Positions 22,821-33,000 of a stretch of 64,000 bases of DNA are shown here, one piece after another (within the stretch, counting starts at the first letter, position 1; every line of letters starts with the position of its first letter). This DNA is from an uncultured Acidobacteriota bacterium (GTDB lineage: Bacteria > Acidobacteriota > UBA6911): positions 96,001-160,000 of the forward strand of contig CAWJKZ010000012.1 of NCBI GenBank assembly GCA_963843575.1, read 5' to 3'. A program made the translations under genes and the position numbers. Under the pieces are notes generated by a model. The model did no database searches. It had not been told where the DNA came from and worked only from the letters and a program-made list of their open reading frames with translations.

Positions 22821-23603
22821 TTATCGCACTTTCCCCGGCCCGGGTCGAACACGAGCCGCCTCGTTCAGTGCGGCATCCAACCGGACCAGAATCTCCTCGG
22901 CCGTTCCCTTCAGCGCGAGATCCACCCCGCCCGAGGCCGGGGTCGCCTCCGGGTTGACCTCCACGCTGAAGGCACCCGCCGCGCGCGCCTCGTGCACCAA
23001 CCCGGCAGCCGGGTAGACTTGGGAGGAGGTCCCGATCGCCATGAAGACCCCGCACCTCAGCGCGGCGGCGGTCTGCTGCAACACGACCGGGGGAATGGCT
23101 TCGCCGAACCATACCACGCCCGGACGCGCCAGTCCCCCGCAAAAGGGGCAGCGGGGCGGGACTTCCGCCAGCGGGACACTCTCGTCGACCCAGCGTGGGG
23201 GAGACGCCGGACAGGCGTCCCAACAGCCCATCTCCCAGATCGAACCGTGGAACCGGATCACGTTGCGGGTGCGTGCCCGCTCGTGCAGCCCGTCCACGTT
23301 CTGGGTGACGAGGGTGAAACCCGCGAGGCGGCGGCTCCATCCCGCCAGCACCTCGTGCGCGTGATTGGGCCTGCACGCCGCGATCAGCTGCCGTCGCCAG
23401 TCGTACCACTCCCACACGAGGCGGGGATGCTCGGCGAAAGCCTCGGCCGTCGCGAGCCGCTGCGGCGAAAAGTTCCGCCACAGGCCGGCCGCTCCCCGAA
23501 ATGTCGGCACACCGCTCGCCGCCGAGACCCCCGCCCCGGTCAGGACAGTGACGCTCGAGGCCCCGACCAGCCGCGCCGCGACTTCGGCGATGGCATGACT
23601 CAT
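22821..23603 (-). CDS. cobB: NAD-dependent protein deacylase (sirtuin)
   Basis: TGAGVSAASGVPTFRG, TQNVDGLH, HGS, two Cys pairs, RPGVVWFGE, GTSSQVYPAA. Confidence 0.93.
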   Translation of the reverse strand: MSHAIAEVAARLVGASSVTVLTGAGVSAASGVPTFRGAAGLWRNFSPQRLATAEAFAEHPRLVWEWYDWRRQLIAACRPNHAHEVLAGWSRRLAGFTLVTQNVDGLHERARTRNVIRFHGSIWEMGCWDACPASPPRWVDESVPLAEVPPRCPFCGGLARPGVVWFGEAIPPVVLQQTAAALRCGVFMAIGTSSQVYPAAGLVHEARAAGAFSVEVNPEATPASGGVDLALKGTAEEILVRLDAALNEAARVRPGPGKVR

Positions 23604-24668
23604 CGGGAGCGCGCCTCGCGCTTCGTCCCGACCAGGTGGAGGTCCATCCAGTCCAGGATCAGGCGGCGCATCTCGGGAAGCTCGACGTGCGCGCAGTCGA
23701 ACAGCTCGACGGCGCAGTCGCGCTCGCGGCCGTGTTTGGCGTACAGCGGCAAAAGATGGTCACGGACGCGCTCCACGCCCGCCGGGGGCGTCAGGTCGTC
23801 CCGGCGTCCGTTGACGCTCAGGCGAGGCCGCGGAACGATCAGCTCGTTGATACCGCGCCGTGCTGAAATGGCTCAGCAACGCCGGCACGTAGTAGTAGAT
23901 CCCGTGCCCTTTCAGGTTGCCGGTCCGGATCAATTCGTCGAAGTCCGTCAGGCAGCAGACGTCGAGGCACAGCCGCACGCGCGTGTCGAGCGCAGCGAGC
24001 CACCAGGCCTTGGTCGCCCCCATCGACATCCCCGTGGTCCCCAGTCGCGCCGGATCCACCTCGGGGCGCCCCGCCAGGTAATCGAGGGCGCGGAGCTCGT
24101 CGAACATCATCATGCCCCAGAGGACCTGCCCCTTCCACAGCATGAGCTTGAAGGCGTCCTCTTCCCCGGTGCGGCCGGGATCGACCCGCTTTCGCTCGCC
24201 GAAACACCAGCTGTCGATCGCCAGCGTCACGATCCCCCGCGCCACGCAGTCCGGCGCATACGGGGGCTGCGCCTTTACCCCGACCAGCAGCTGTTCCTTC
24301 CCCAGGTCATACATGCCGCCGTGCCAGTGGATATAGAGGAGCCCGGGAGCCCGGACCGCGCGCCGATCGGGTATGAGCAGGAGCGCGGGCACGGGCTCCA
24401 CGCCGTTGAGGTCCAGGACCAGCCGCTCGAGCGTGTACCCGTCGTGCTTCTCCGTCTTGACGATCCTGGGCGGCGCCGGTTTGTAGTCCCACGGCAGTTC
24501 CCCCATCAGGCCCATGAGCTCCCGCCGGCGCTGCGTCTGGAAGGCGGCGAATTCGCGGCCCGTCATGTTCCCACTCGCGCGGCTTTGCCCCATGGATCTC
24601 CCCGTGGCTCCCGCGGCAGCCAGGGCCCCCGCGGACATCCTCATGAAATCGCGTCGGTCGGCGTCCAT
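23600..24668 (-). CDS. Alpha/beta hydrolase with twin-arginine leader (frameshift near 23850)
   Basis: MDADRRDFM leader; HWHGG, GMSMG nucleophile elbow; shifted frame continues INELIVPRP...AHVE to a TGA overlapping the cobB ATG. Confidence 0.8.
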
Positions 24669-24816
24669 CGACCCTCCGTTTGAATAGACAACTTATTATC
24701 GCACGGCCGCGCGTGGCAAGGGCTGCCCGCGCCGCGAAGCGGTTGACGCGCGGGCAGGACCTGGGCTCTAATACCATGGGATTTCGGCCAACAGATACCT
24801 GCCTGGACGGTCACCT

Positions 24817-25428
24817 GTGACGACGAACGGGCACACTACGGGGGCGGCAACCGCTGATCAATTCAGCCGCCGGGAGTTCCTGAGGATCGGTGGAGCATCG
24901 CTCTGCGCCTCGCTTCCGCTCTCCGCCACCCCGTGTCAAGCCGGGCCAGACGGCGTGCCCACGGACGAGACACCACCGGGAGAACTCGACATGCTCAAAG
25001 GAAAACTCATACACCCGCAGATTCTTGAAGCACTCGGACGAGCCGGCCACGGTTCCCAGATCCTCATCGCGGACGGCAACTACCCAGCGTCTACAAAGCT
25101 CGGACCCAAGGCGGCGCTCGTCAACCTCAATCTCTCGCCCGGCCTCGTCAGCTGCACCCAGGTGCTGGAGGCGCTCGTCTCCGCGATCAACGTCGAGTCC
25201 GCCGCAGTCATGGCGGTCCCAGCCGGCCTGCCGGAACCGGACATCTGGGCGGAATTCCGTCAGATCCTGAACAAGGCCACAGGCCAGCAACTCAAGCTCG
25301 AGGAGATCGAGCGGTTCAAGTTCTACGAAACCGCAGGGACTCCGAACGTGGCCCTGACCATCGCCACGGGCGAGCAGCGCATCTACGCCAACCTCCTCCT
25401 CACGATCGGCGTGGTCCCCCCCAGGTGA
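24817..25428 (+). CDS. RbsD/FucU family mutarotase with Tat-like N-terminal extension (alternative start 24991)
   Basis: MLKGKLIHPQILEALGRAGHGSQILIADGNYP, ERFKFYE, IATGEQRIYANLLLTIGVV; upstream SRREFL. Confidence 0.85.
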   Translation: MTTNGHTTGAATADQFSRREFLRIGGASLCASLPLSATPCQAGPDGVPTDETPPGELDMLKGKLIHPQILEALGRAGHGSQILIADGNYPASTKLGPKAALVNLNLSPGLVSCTQVLEALVSAINVESAAVMAVPAGLPEPDIWAEFRQILNKATGQQLKLEEIERFKFYETAGTPNVALTIATGEQRIYANLLLTIGVVPPR

Positions 25429-26710
25429 TTTCGAGATTCCTCGAGCCCTTCGAGGCTTCGAGGTAAGCTTGAAAGTTCACCTCGAAGGCCCGAAGGGCTC
25501 GAAGAATCTCCAAGAGTGCCCGGAGTCTGCTGATCACCGCGAGATGACGGCCGTCGGGCGACAGGCTGCAGGCTTCCCCCTCTTCGCTTCGCCGTGCGGC
25601 CGAAATGCGCCGAAGGCCCGAGCCGTCCGGGGCGCCGGCGCCCACCTGGACCGTCCCGGGGACGGGCTCGGTGCTGAACAGGAATTCGTTCTGTTCCCGG
25701 TTCCACCCGAGCAGCAGGGCGTTTTCGGCCTCCACCAGGGGGACCGTCCGACACTGCTTGAGGTCGACGCGGAACACACCGGCCAAGCCCCGGCCGGAAT
25801 CGTCGGTGCCGGAGAAGAGGAAATAACTCGCGCGCGGGCCCCACAGGACCGGTGCGTTGATGCGGCCGCGGGAGACCAGCTCCGAACGGCCGGTTCGGGC
25901 GTCGAACCTCCTCAGGCCGTGCCCCGCGGATGCAATCCCCTCCTCCGCCTCCGTCACCACGAAGCAGGAGGAGTCCGGGGCCCAGAAAAGCACCGGAGCC
26001 CCCTCCTGGAGCCAGTCCGGGTCACTGAGGACAGTCCCGAGCAGGCGCCAGTTCCCGAACCCGAATTCCGAGACAAAAACGCTCCCGGTCCGTCCGTGGT
26101 CTTCGAACAGGAGAGCCGCAACCAGCTTCCGGGAAGGCGACGCTTCGATCGTGTACGCCTCCGACCAGCGCGGGAGAAAGGGCTCGTGCCGGCCGGTGTA
26201 CGGGTCGAAGACTTCGGCCGTCACCTCGTCGGCCCGGCCGATCTGGAATATGACGGTCCCCGGTATCGCCCCCCACGTAACCGAATGCCGCGTGAGCAGG
26301 GGCGTCACCTCCGGCGATGTCGTGCCCCTAGCCACTTGCCTGGGCTCGCGGCCGTCGGCTCGGACTACCCAGACGGAATAGGAACCGGCCTCGCCCGCCG
26401 GGTCTTCGGTGGGAACCAGGGTGAACAGGATTTCCTCGTTGAAGGGCGACCATTGCGGTTGAAGGCATTCCCAGTTCGGTCCGGGATCGAAGATTCTGGT
26501 CAGTTCCCCGGTTGCTGCGTCGTACACCCACAAACCCGACTCTCCGTCCTCCAGTGCCGACGGTACCAGGGCGGCCTTGGTGCCGTCGGGAGACCACGTC
26601 ACCAGGCACCCGGGGTCGATACGCTCGGGCCCACAATCGGAGGCCAGCGACACGGCCGCAAGCAAGACCACCAGTCCGGACCTTACCCACCCCTTTCTCG
26701 CGCTTCCCAT
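25400..26710 (-). CDS. Exported TolB/PD40-like beta-propeller protein, possible lipoprotein
   Basis: Signal-like N-terminus ending ASDC; repeated WSPDG, WSPF, SPSR, WAPDS, LSPDG blade motifs; 3' end runs through a palindromic element. Confidence 0.7.
   Translation of the reverse strand: MGSARKGWVRSGLVVLLAAVSLASDCGPERIDPGCLVTWSPDGTKAALVPSALEDGESGLWVYDAATGELTRIFDPGPNWECLQPQWSPFNEEILFTLVPTEDPAGEAGSYSVWVVRADGREPRQVARGTTSPEVTPLLTRHSVTWGAIPGTVIFQIGRADEVTAEVFDPYTGRHEPFLPRWSEAYTIEASPSRKLVAALLFEDHGRTGSVFVSEFGFGNWRLLGTVLSDPDWLQEGAPVLFWAPDSSCFVVTEAEEGIASAGHGLRRFDARTGRSELVSRGRINAPVLWGPRASYFLFSGTDDSGRGLAGVFRVDLKQCRTVPLVEAENALLLGWNREQNEFLFSTEPVPGTVQVGAGAPDGSGLRRISAARRSEEGEACSLSPDGRHLAVISRLRALLEILRALRAFEVNFQAYLEASKGSRNLEITWGGPRRS
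25433..25510. repeat. ~78-bp palindromic element, family D
   Basis: gagattcctcgagcccttcgaggcttcgaggt...acctcgaaggcccgaagggctcgaagaatctc; related copies at ~39272-39350 and 63347-63423. Confidence 0.75.
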
Positions 26711-26781
26711 GCGACGCCCTCCGCTCTCTTTTAGGAACAGCGTCATCCGGCGGTAGGGATTTCACCTGGACTGGCGATTTT

Positions 26782-29250
26782 CTAATGCGCAACGCGGCGG
26801 ATCCGCCGGAGCGTCCTCGTCAACATCAGCTTGAGGGGCGAATAATTGGCGGCGGCGGCCATGAGTGCCCCGCCGGTGAGAAGCAGCACGACCGGCCAGA
26901 AGGGTCTCTGCCGGAACAGGTTCTGCTGGAGCCGGAACACCCCGACGGCAAGGAAGAGGAGCCCGGTGGCGAAGAAGTTCTTCATCTGTTTCGGGACGCT
27001 GCCGAAGACGAAGAGACAGGCGACGACGGGAAGCAGGATCTCGAAAAACCTGGCTTCGTGGCGCAGGGAGGGGTCCCCGGCAGCCTCTGCCCATCGGTGG
27101 GAAGCGGCCAGGCCCAACAACAGGATCGAGGTCAGGATGTGCCCGGGAATCACGAAACGGAACCATTGCGCCACCGAGCGCATCTGAGCGGTGCCGACGC
27201 GCTCGCTGACGCTCTGCATCCCGAGGTAGACTGCGGCATTGATCATGAACAGGTATTCCACCTGGCCGTGGGTGAGCGGGATCCAGTACTCGAGCCACCG
27301 TGCGTAAGGCTCGTGGAAACCCGCAACCCCGCTCAGCGCGACGAACGTGAAGATCGTGGCGATCGGGTAGAAATAGCGGGAATCCGCTTGATGCCGCGAC
27401 TTTTCGATGACGAAGGCCGCCACGAAATAGAGGGCCGCGAACGGCAGCAGCCGGAAATAGAGTTTCCCGGGATCGTTCTCGATCCAGTCCAGCATGCCCA
27501 TGCGCAGCAGCGTCACGAGACACACGGCGGCTCCGACGACCGAGAAGACCAGGGAGAAGACCGAGGCACCGGTGAACCTGCGCAGCTTCAGGTAGGCGGG
27601 GAGAGAGCATGTGAACGCCCACCAGAGTTGCGCGTTCGTGGTTACCCGCAGCGCGCCGCCGGCCTCCTCGCCCGCGGCGAACAGCGAGGGGAACAACTCG
27701 AGGCTCAGCTTGCCGTGGCTGAATCCTCTGAATATGCCCCACTCCTTCATCGAGACCAGCAGAGCCGCCGGAAGCAGCAGGCAAAAGGCGAGCAGGTAGG
27801 CGATCGCCACCCTGGGTTGTCCCCGCTTCCAGCAACGCAGGCCGACCAAGCCGGTGGGCACCGTCGCGGCCCACACGAGCGCGACGGCAGGCGCGCCCGA
27901 GAGTGTCGGGAAGCGAAACACGAGCAGCAGCGAGGCACCCAGGACGAGCACCCAGGCGCCGAGGTACAGGGCGACCTGGGAAACCGAGAGCCGCCGCACC
28001 TCCAGTATCCAGGCATCCTCCCGGTCCACCAGCCTGTCGTAGAGTTTCCGGAAGGAATCGAACTCGTAATTCGACAGGATGCGATCCTGCCTCCAGCCGC
28101 CCAGCTCGCGCAGGTGCTGCTCGATTCTACCGGTCATCATGCGCGAGAAGGATGCCGGCGCGGCCAGCACCGGCTCGTCCGTCAGAAACCGTTCGATGTC
28201 GTCGGCCAGCTCGCGCGCCGAACCATACCTGTCTTCCCGTCTCTTTTCGAGACACTTCATGCAGATGTTCTGCAGGCTCCCCGGAACCGCGGGATTGAGC
28301 CGGCGCGGCAGCACCGGATCGCGCTCGCAGAGCTGGCGCAGCTGATCCCGATAGTCGTCGGCATGAAAGGGGAGCGTGCCCGTGAGCAGCTCGTACAGCA
28401 CGGCGCCAAGCGAGAAGATGTCGCTTCGGGCGTCAAGACCCGGGTCCGCGGCGGCCTGCTCAGGCGAGAAGTAATCGGGCGTCCCCATGACTTGGCCCGC
28501 GAGGGTCACGCGTCCCCCGCGCTCGTCGACCTGCCGGGCCAGGCCGAAGTCCAGCAGTTTCGGCTCGAGGTCGGCCGCGACGAGAATGTTGCCCGGCTTG
28601 AGGTCGCGGTGAATGATCTGGTTGCGATGCAGGAAGTCGACCGCCACGACGATCTTGTGAATCAGCTCCACTTTCTGCTTGATCGTGAGCGCGCGGGACG
28701 CCTCGGTCAGCGGTACGCCTTCGACGTGCTCCATGACGAAATGGGGCATTTCGTCGGCTTGTCCCAGGTTATAGATGCGGACGATATTCTTGTGGCTGAG
28801 CTGCGCCATGGCGCGCGCTTCCTGCATGAACCGCGTCCGCACGTCGGCGTCGTCGACATATCTGGGGCCCAGGACCTTGATCGCTACGTTGCGGCCGAGG
28901 CCCTCATCGTAGGCCAGGAACACCCGCCCCATGCCGCCGCTGCCGATCCGGCCGAGGATCTTGTGGCCGGACAGGCGCTCGGGAAGGGGCTCGTCGCCGG
29001 CGCCCGGCTCTTGACTCTCCCCGTCGGCTCCGAGCGCGCTGTCGATGGCCGCGGCCGTCTGGAGGTCCACCAGCAGGTCGTCCTGCAGGTCGGGGTGAAG
29101 CCGGCAGAACTCGACCGGATCGACACGTCGGCCGCGCGCGCACAGGTCGAGGTAGTCGGCCAGTGCCTGCGCCAGTCGTCTCTCGCGCGGCGATGCGGGC
29201 GGTTCCTCTTCGCAACGGCCGTCCGGAGGAGATGGGTCCGCAGGGCTCAT
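26782..29250 (-). CDS. Hanks-type Ser/Thr protein kinase with multi-pass membrane C-terminal domain
   Basis: IGSGGMGRV, VAIK, HRDLKPGN, DFG, GTPDYFSPEQ, SDIFSLG, then roughly 9-10 hydrophobic segments; ATG overlaps the sigma-factor TGA. Confidence 0.9.
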   Translation of the reverse strand: MSPADPSPPDGRCEEEPPASPRERRLAQALADYLDLCARGRRVDPVEFCRLHPDLQDDLLVDLQTAAAIDSALGADGESQEPGAGDEPLPERLSGHKILGRIGSGGMGRVFLAYDEGLGRNVAIKVLGPRYVDDADVRTRFMQEARAMAQLSHKNIVRIYNLGQADEMPHFVMEHVEGVPLTEASRALTIKQKVELIHKIVVAVDFLHRNQIIHRDLKPGNILVAADLEPKLLDFGLARQVDERGGRVTLAGQVMGTPDYFSPEQAAADPGLDARSDIFSLGAVLYELLTGTLPFHADDYRDQLRQLCERDPVLPRRLNPAVPGSLQNICMKCLEKRREDRYGSARELADDIERFLTDEPVLAAPASFSRMMTGRIEQHLRELGGWRQDRILSNYEFDSFRKLYDRLVDREDAWILEVRRLSVSQVALYLGAWVLVLGASLLLVFRFPTLSGAPAVALVWAATVPTGLVGLRCWKRGQPRVAIAYLLAFCLLLPAALLVSMKEWGIFRGFSHGKLSLELFPSLFAAGEEAGGALRVTTNAQLWWAFTCSLPAYLKLRRFTGASVFSLVFSVVGAAVCLVTLLRMGMLDWIENDPGKLYFRLLPFAALYFVAAFVIEKSRHQADSRYFYPIATIFTFVALSGVAGFHEPYARWLEYWIPLTHGQVEYLFMINAAVYLGMQSVSERVGTAQMRSVAQWFRFVIPGHILTSILLLGLAASHRWAEAAGDPSLRHEARFFEILLPVVACLFVFGSVPKQMKNFFATGLLFLAVGVFRLQQNLFRQRPFWPVVLLLTGGALMAAAANYSPLKLMLTRTLRRIRRVAH

Positions 29251-29847
29251 CTCTGCCCCCGTTCGTCGCGGCCTTGCGCAGCTGCGCGAGAGCGCGGTGG
29301 AGCAGGAGAGAGCACGGCCTCCCGCGGTTTTCCCAGGCGCTCGGCGATTTCCCTCGTCGTCAGGTCTTCGACCTTCGCCATCACGATCACCCGGCGGTAG
29401 TTTTCGGGGAGCGCGTCGAGCTGCTCCAGCAGGCGAACCAACTCCTCCTTGGGCGCAAGCACGCGGCTCGGTGTGAGGCTGTCGACAGGCTCCGGCCCAG
29501 CAGGATTGCTGGGCGAGCGCAGCGGGACCATCTCCCCGGCGCGGCGCTTCCCGCGTCCCTCGAAACGCGCCGCGTCGACGACCACGTGCTCCGCAATGCG
29601 GGCGATCCAGCGGAAGAAGCTGCCCGGCGAACGGTAGGTGAACTTGTCGAGCTCGCGGAATGCGCGCAGCAGGGTCTCCTGCAGAAGGTCCTCGACTTCG
29701 ACGCGACCCGCGTAGCCGCGGGCCGAGCCGGCAATACAGCAATGCCGTAAGGCGTGGCCGGTATTTCTCGAAAAGCGGGGTGAAGGCCTCCCGGTCCCCC
29801 CTCTTGATGCGTTCGATCAGGCTGAGGCTCGAGGTCGCGGGATCCAT
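29247..29847 (-). CDS. ECF RNA polymerase sigma factor (frameshift near 29710)
   Basis: LIERIKRGDREAFTPLFEKYRPRL, then shifted EVEDLLQETLLRAF...FFRWIARIAEH, then LDALPENYRRVI...TREIAERLG. Confidence 0.85.
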
Positions 29848-30036
29848 GAACAACTCGCGTGAGTGCTGCCACAACGTAGCAGCACCCTCCGGGGACAGTC
29901 AAAGAAATACGGATTGGGGAGTGCGGCGGCCCGGCGCACCGCACCTCGAGACTGGTATGGGCACCGCTATTCGGCGACTCCGGGGGGGCGCCGGGCATTT
30001 CGGCTGCAGAGCGCTTGCCGGGAAGCGGCGCCTGGT

Positions 30037-33000
30037 CTAGGCGCCACTTTCCGTATTCCGGCCGATCCCGGAGCTCATCTTCCTCTCGGCCTGTTCGCGT
30101 TCCGCCAGGAGTGTCGTCGAGATCCTGCTGGCGCAGGTTGGCCTCGCGGACAATCTGATCGAGGCGCTCGAGTTCTTCCCGATGTTGGGCCGCCAGAAGG
30201 GCAAGCCGGCTCTCGGCGATCTGACGCAGGCGTGCCACGCCGCCGTTGAGCATCTGGAGGAGGCTCTCGGACCTTTCCTGGATGAGCTGGCGATACCGCG
30301 CGCCGGTCTCGAGCATCTGGCGCCGCAACTCGTCGCTCGCGTCGCGGAGCCGGGCCGAGTCCTGTCTCTCGTTCTCCAGCATGGCCTGGAGCTCGACGGC
30401 ATCCTGCGCCAGCCGTGCCTGGGCGGATTCCGCCGAGGCGCGCGCTGACTCGACGGACGCAACCGCGGTGCGAAGCCGGGACGCCTCGTCCGTGAGCGCC
30501 CCGAGCCGGGCTTGGTCGGTCTGCCGGGCCTCCACCAGTTCCGCGTGGCTGACCCGCAGCTGCTCCAGGGCGGCGGCCAGTTCCTGGCCCGCGGCCGTGA
30601 GCTGCTGCAGTGACTCCTGTCCCCGCTGCGCTCGGCGCGCTCGGCGCGCAGGTCGTCCGCCAGCCGAGCCTCGACAAGTCGCGCGTCGCGCAGCTTCTCC
30701 TCCAGCGCGTCCCTGTCGGTCTCCGCCAGTATCCGCCCCTTTTCTATCTCCGCCTTGAGGTTCTCGAGCCGGGCAAGTTCCGACCCGGCTTGCTCCAGTT
30801 TCAAGGAGAGGTCAAACCCTCTGGCCTTGGTAGCCTGAAGCTCGCCCTCGAGGCTTGCCTGCCGTCGTTCGTGCTCCAGGCGCTCCTCCTCTCGGAGCCT
30901 GTCCGCTTCACGGAGCCGATGGTCCATGCCGCCGCGGGCATCCTCGGCCAGGCCGAGTGCCGCGCGCACGCTGTCGATCTCGCACCGCTGCGACTCAACC
31001 TGCAACGTTCTCTCCGCGAGCGCCTCGGAAACCGCCTTGAGGTTCTCATCATGCTCCCGGGCCACCTCTTCCGCGGCCGCCCGCGCGCCGGAGAGCTCGC
31101 TGAGAACCGCACACTTGGCCTGCTCCGCGGCTTCGAGCGAGGCGGTAAGTGCCGCGATCTGGGACTGCAGGTCCCGCAACCCCTGCTCGAGTTCACTGCG
31201 CACCAGTGTCGACGCGCTGCGCTCGGAGGCCAGCTGAGCGACGGCCGACTCGTGGGCCGAGCGTGCTGCGCTCAACGCGGTCTCGAGCCCTGCCCGACCG
31301 TCGAGCGCTTCCTGCAACCCCCGCTCCAGTTGGCGCCGCGCCGACTCCCACCCGGTCCGCTCGGTTTCGAAACGGCTTGCTGCGCTCTGCGCATCGGCCA
31401 GCAGCCGGTCGACCGCCGCTCGCGCATCGATCGCCTCCTGGAGACTCGCCTCCAGCTTCTGACGCGTGGCCGCCCACTGGGCCTTTTCCCACTCGGCCTG
31501 TTCGGCCGCGGCACGCCGTGCCGCGTGCTCGTCGTCCAGGGCGCTTTCGAGGGCCGCCCGCGCCTCGCCGAGCTGCTCCAGCTGGCTTTCAAGCTGCCGG
31601 CGCGCCTCGGTCCAGAGTGCACCTTCCGAATCCAGGCGGGCCGAAAGCTCCTGCTGTGCCGCCTGGGAGGCAGACAAGGCAGACTCGGCCATGGCGCGAG
31701 CCTCCGCCAGATCCCGCAATTCCTCCTCCCGCAGCCGGCGTTGCGCGAGCTCCGCCTCCACCTTGCCCGCCAGGTCCTGCTGAACGGCGGACGCGGCCGC
31801 GAGCGCCGACTCGGCATCCGCTCGGGCTTCCGAAACACTTCGCAGCTGGGCTTCGAGTTGCCGCCGCACCTCGAGATGCTGCGCGCTTTCCGCTTCGATC
31901 CGGCCGACGAGCTCCCGCCGGACAGCAGACGCCTCGTCCACCGCAGCTTGCGCCGCAGATCGTTCTTCCGTCGCCGTCCGCAGCTGCTCTTCCAGTCCCC
32001 GCCGCGATTCCGCCCACTGCACGCGCTCCGAGTCCATCCGGGCCGACATCTCCTGCAAGTCGGTCCGCACCGCCAGGAGCGCCGACTCGGTATCCCGCCG
32101 CGCATCGACAGCCGCCTGCAGCTGCTCCTCGAGCTGCTGCCGCGTCGAGACCCACCCCGCACGCTCCATTTCCAGCTGGCTCGAGGCCTCCTGACGCGCC
32201 GCCTGCGCTTCCGTCAAGAGGGCTTCCGCAGCGGCATTCACTTCGCGCTCGAACTGCTGCCGCGACGCCGCCCATTCCGCGTGCTCCGCTTCCATTCGGC
32301 TCGCCAGTTCCTGCTCTGCCGACTTCGCCTCCGCAAGGGCGGATTCCGCCGCAGCACGCGCCGCCGCCGCCGCCTTCGCCTCGTCCTCGAGGCCCTGCCG
32401 TGAGGCTGCCCATTCGGCCCGCTCCCTCTCCAGCCGGCTCGCCCACTCCTGCTCTGCCGCCTTCGCCTCCGTAAGGGCGGACTCCGCCGCAGTACGCGCC
32501 GCCACCGCCGCCTTCGCCTCGTCTTCGAGGCCCAGCCGCGAGGCTGTCCACTGCGCGCCTTCCGCCTCCAGCCGGCTTGTCAATTCCTGCAGCGCCGCCT
32601 GTGCCGCAGCCAGCGTCTGTTCCGCTATAGCCCGAGCCTCGGCCGAGGCTTGCGCCTCCCGCTCGGATTGCTCCCGCGACGCCGCCCACTCCGCGCGCTC
32701 CGCTGCCAGCCGGTTCACCACATCCTGCTGCGCCGCAGCCAAGGCGGATTCCGCGGCCGCGCGCGCTTCCGCCGCCGACTTCGCTTCGTCCTCGAGCCGC
32801 TGTCGCGCGGCCGTCCATTCGGCCCGTTCCGTCTCCAGCCGGCTCGCCGCTTCCTGCTGCGCCGCCTGCGCCGCCGCCAGGGCGGACTCCGCGGCCGTGC
32901 GCGCCTCCGCGGCCGACTTCGCCTCGTCCTCGAGCCGCTGTCGCGCGGCCGTCCATTCGGCCCGCTCCGCCTCCAGCCGGCTCGCCGCTTCCTGCTGCGC

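Noticed and set aside
22821-23603. Sirtuin as an anti-phage SIR2 defence effector
   Set aside because: Standalone canonical CobB-type sequence with Zn-binding Cys pairs and no defence partners nearby.
26782-29874. 1030-aa sigma-kinase fusion suggested by the ORF track
   Set aside because: Artefact of the frameshift near 29710; the sigma continues in another frame and the kinase has its own ATG at 29250.
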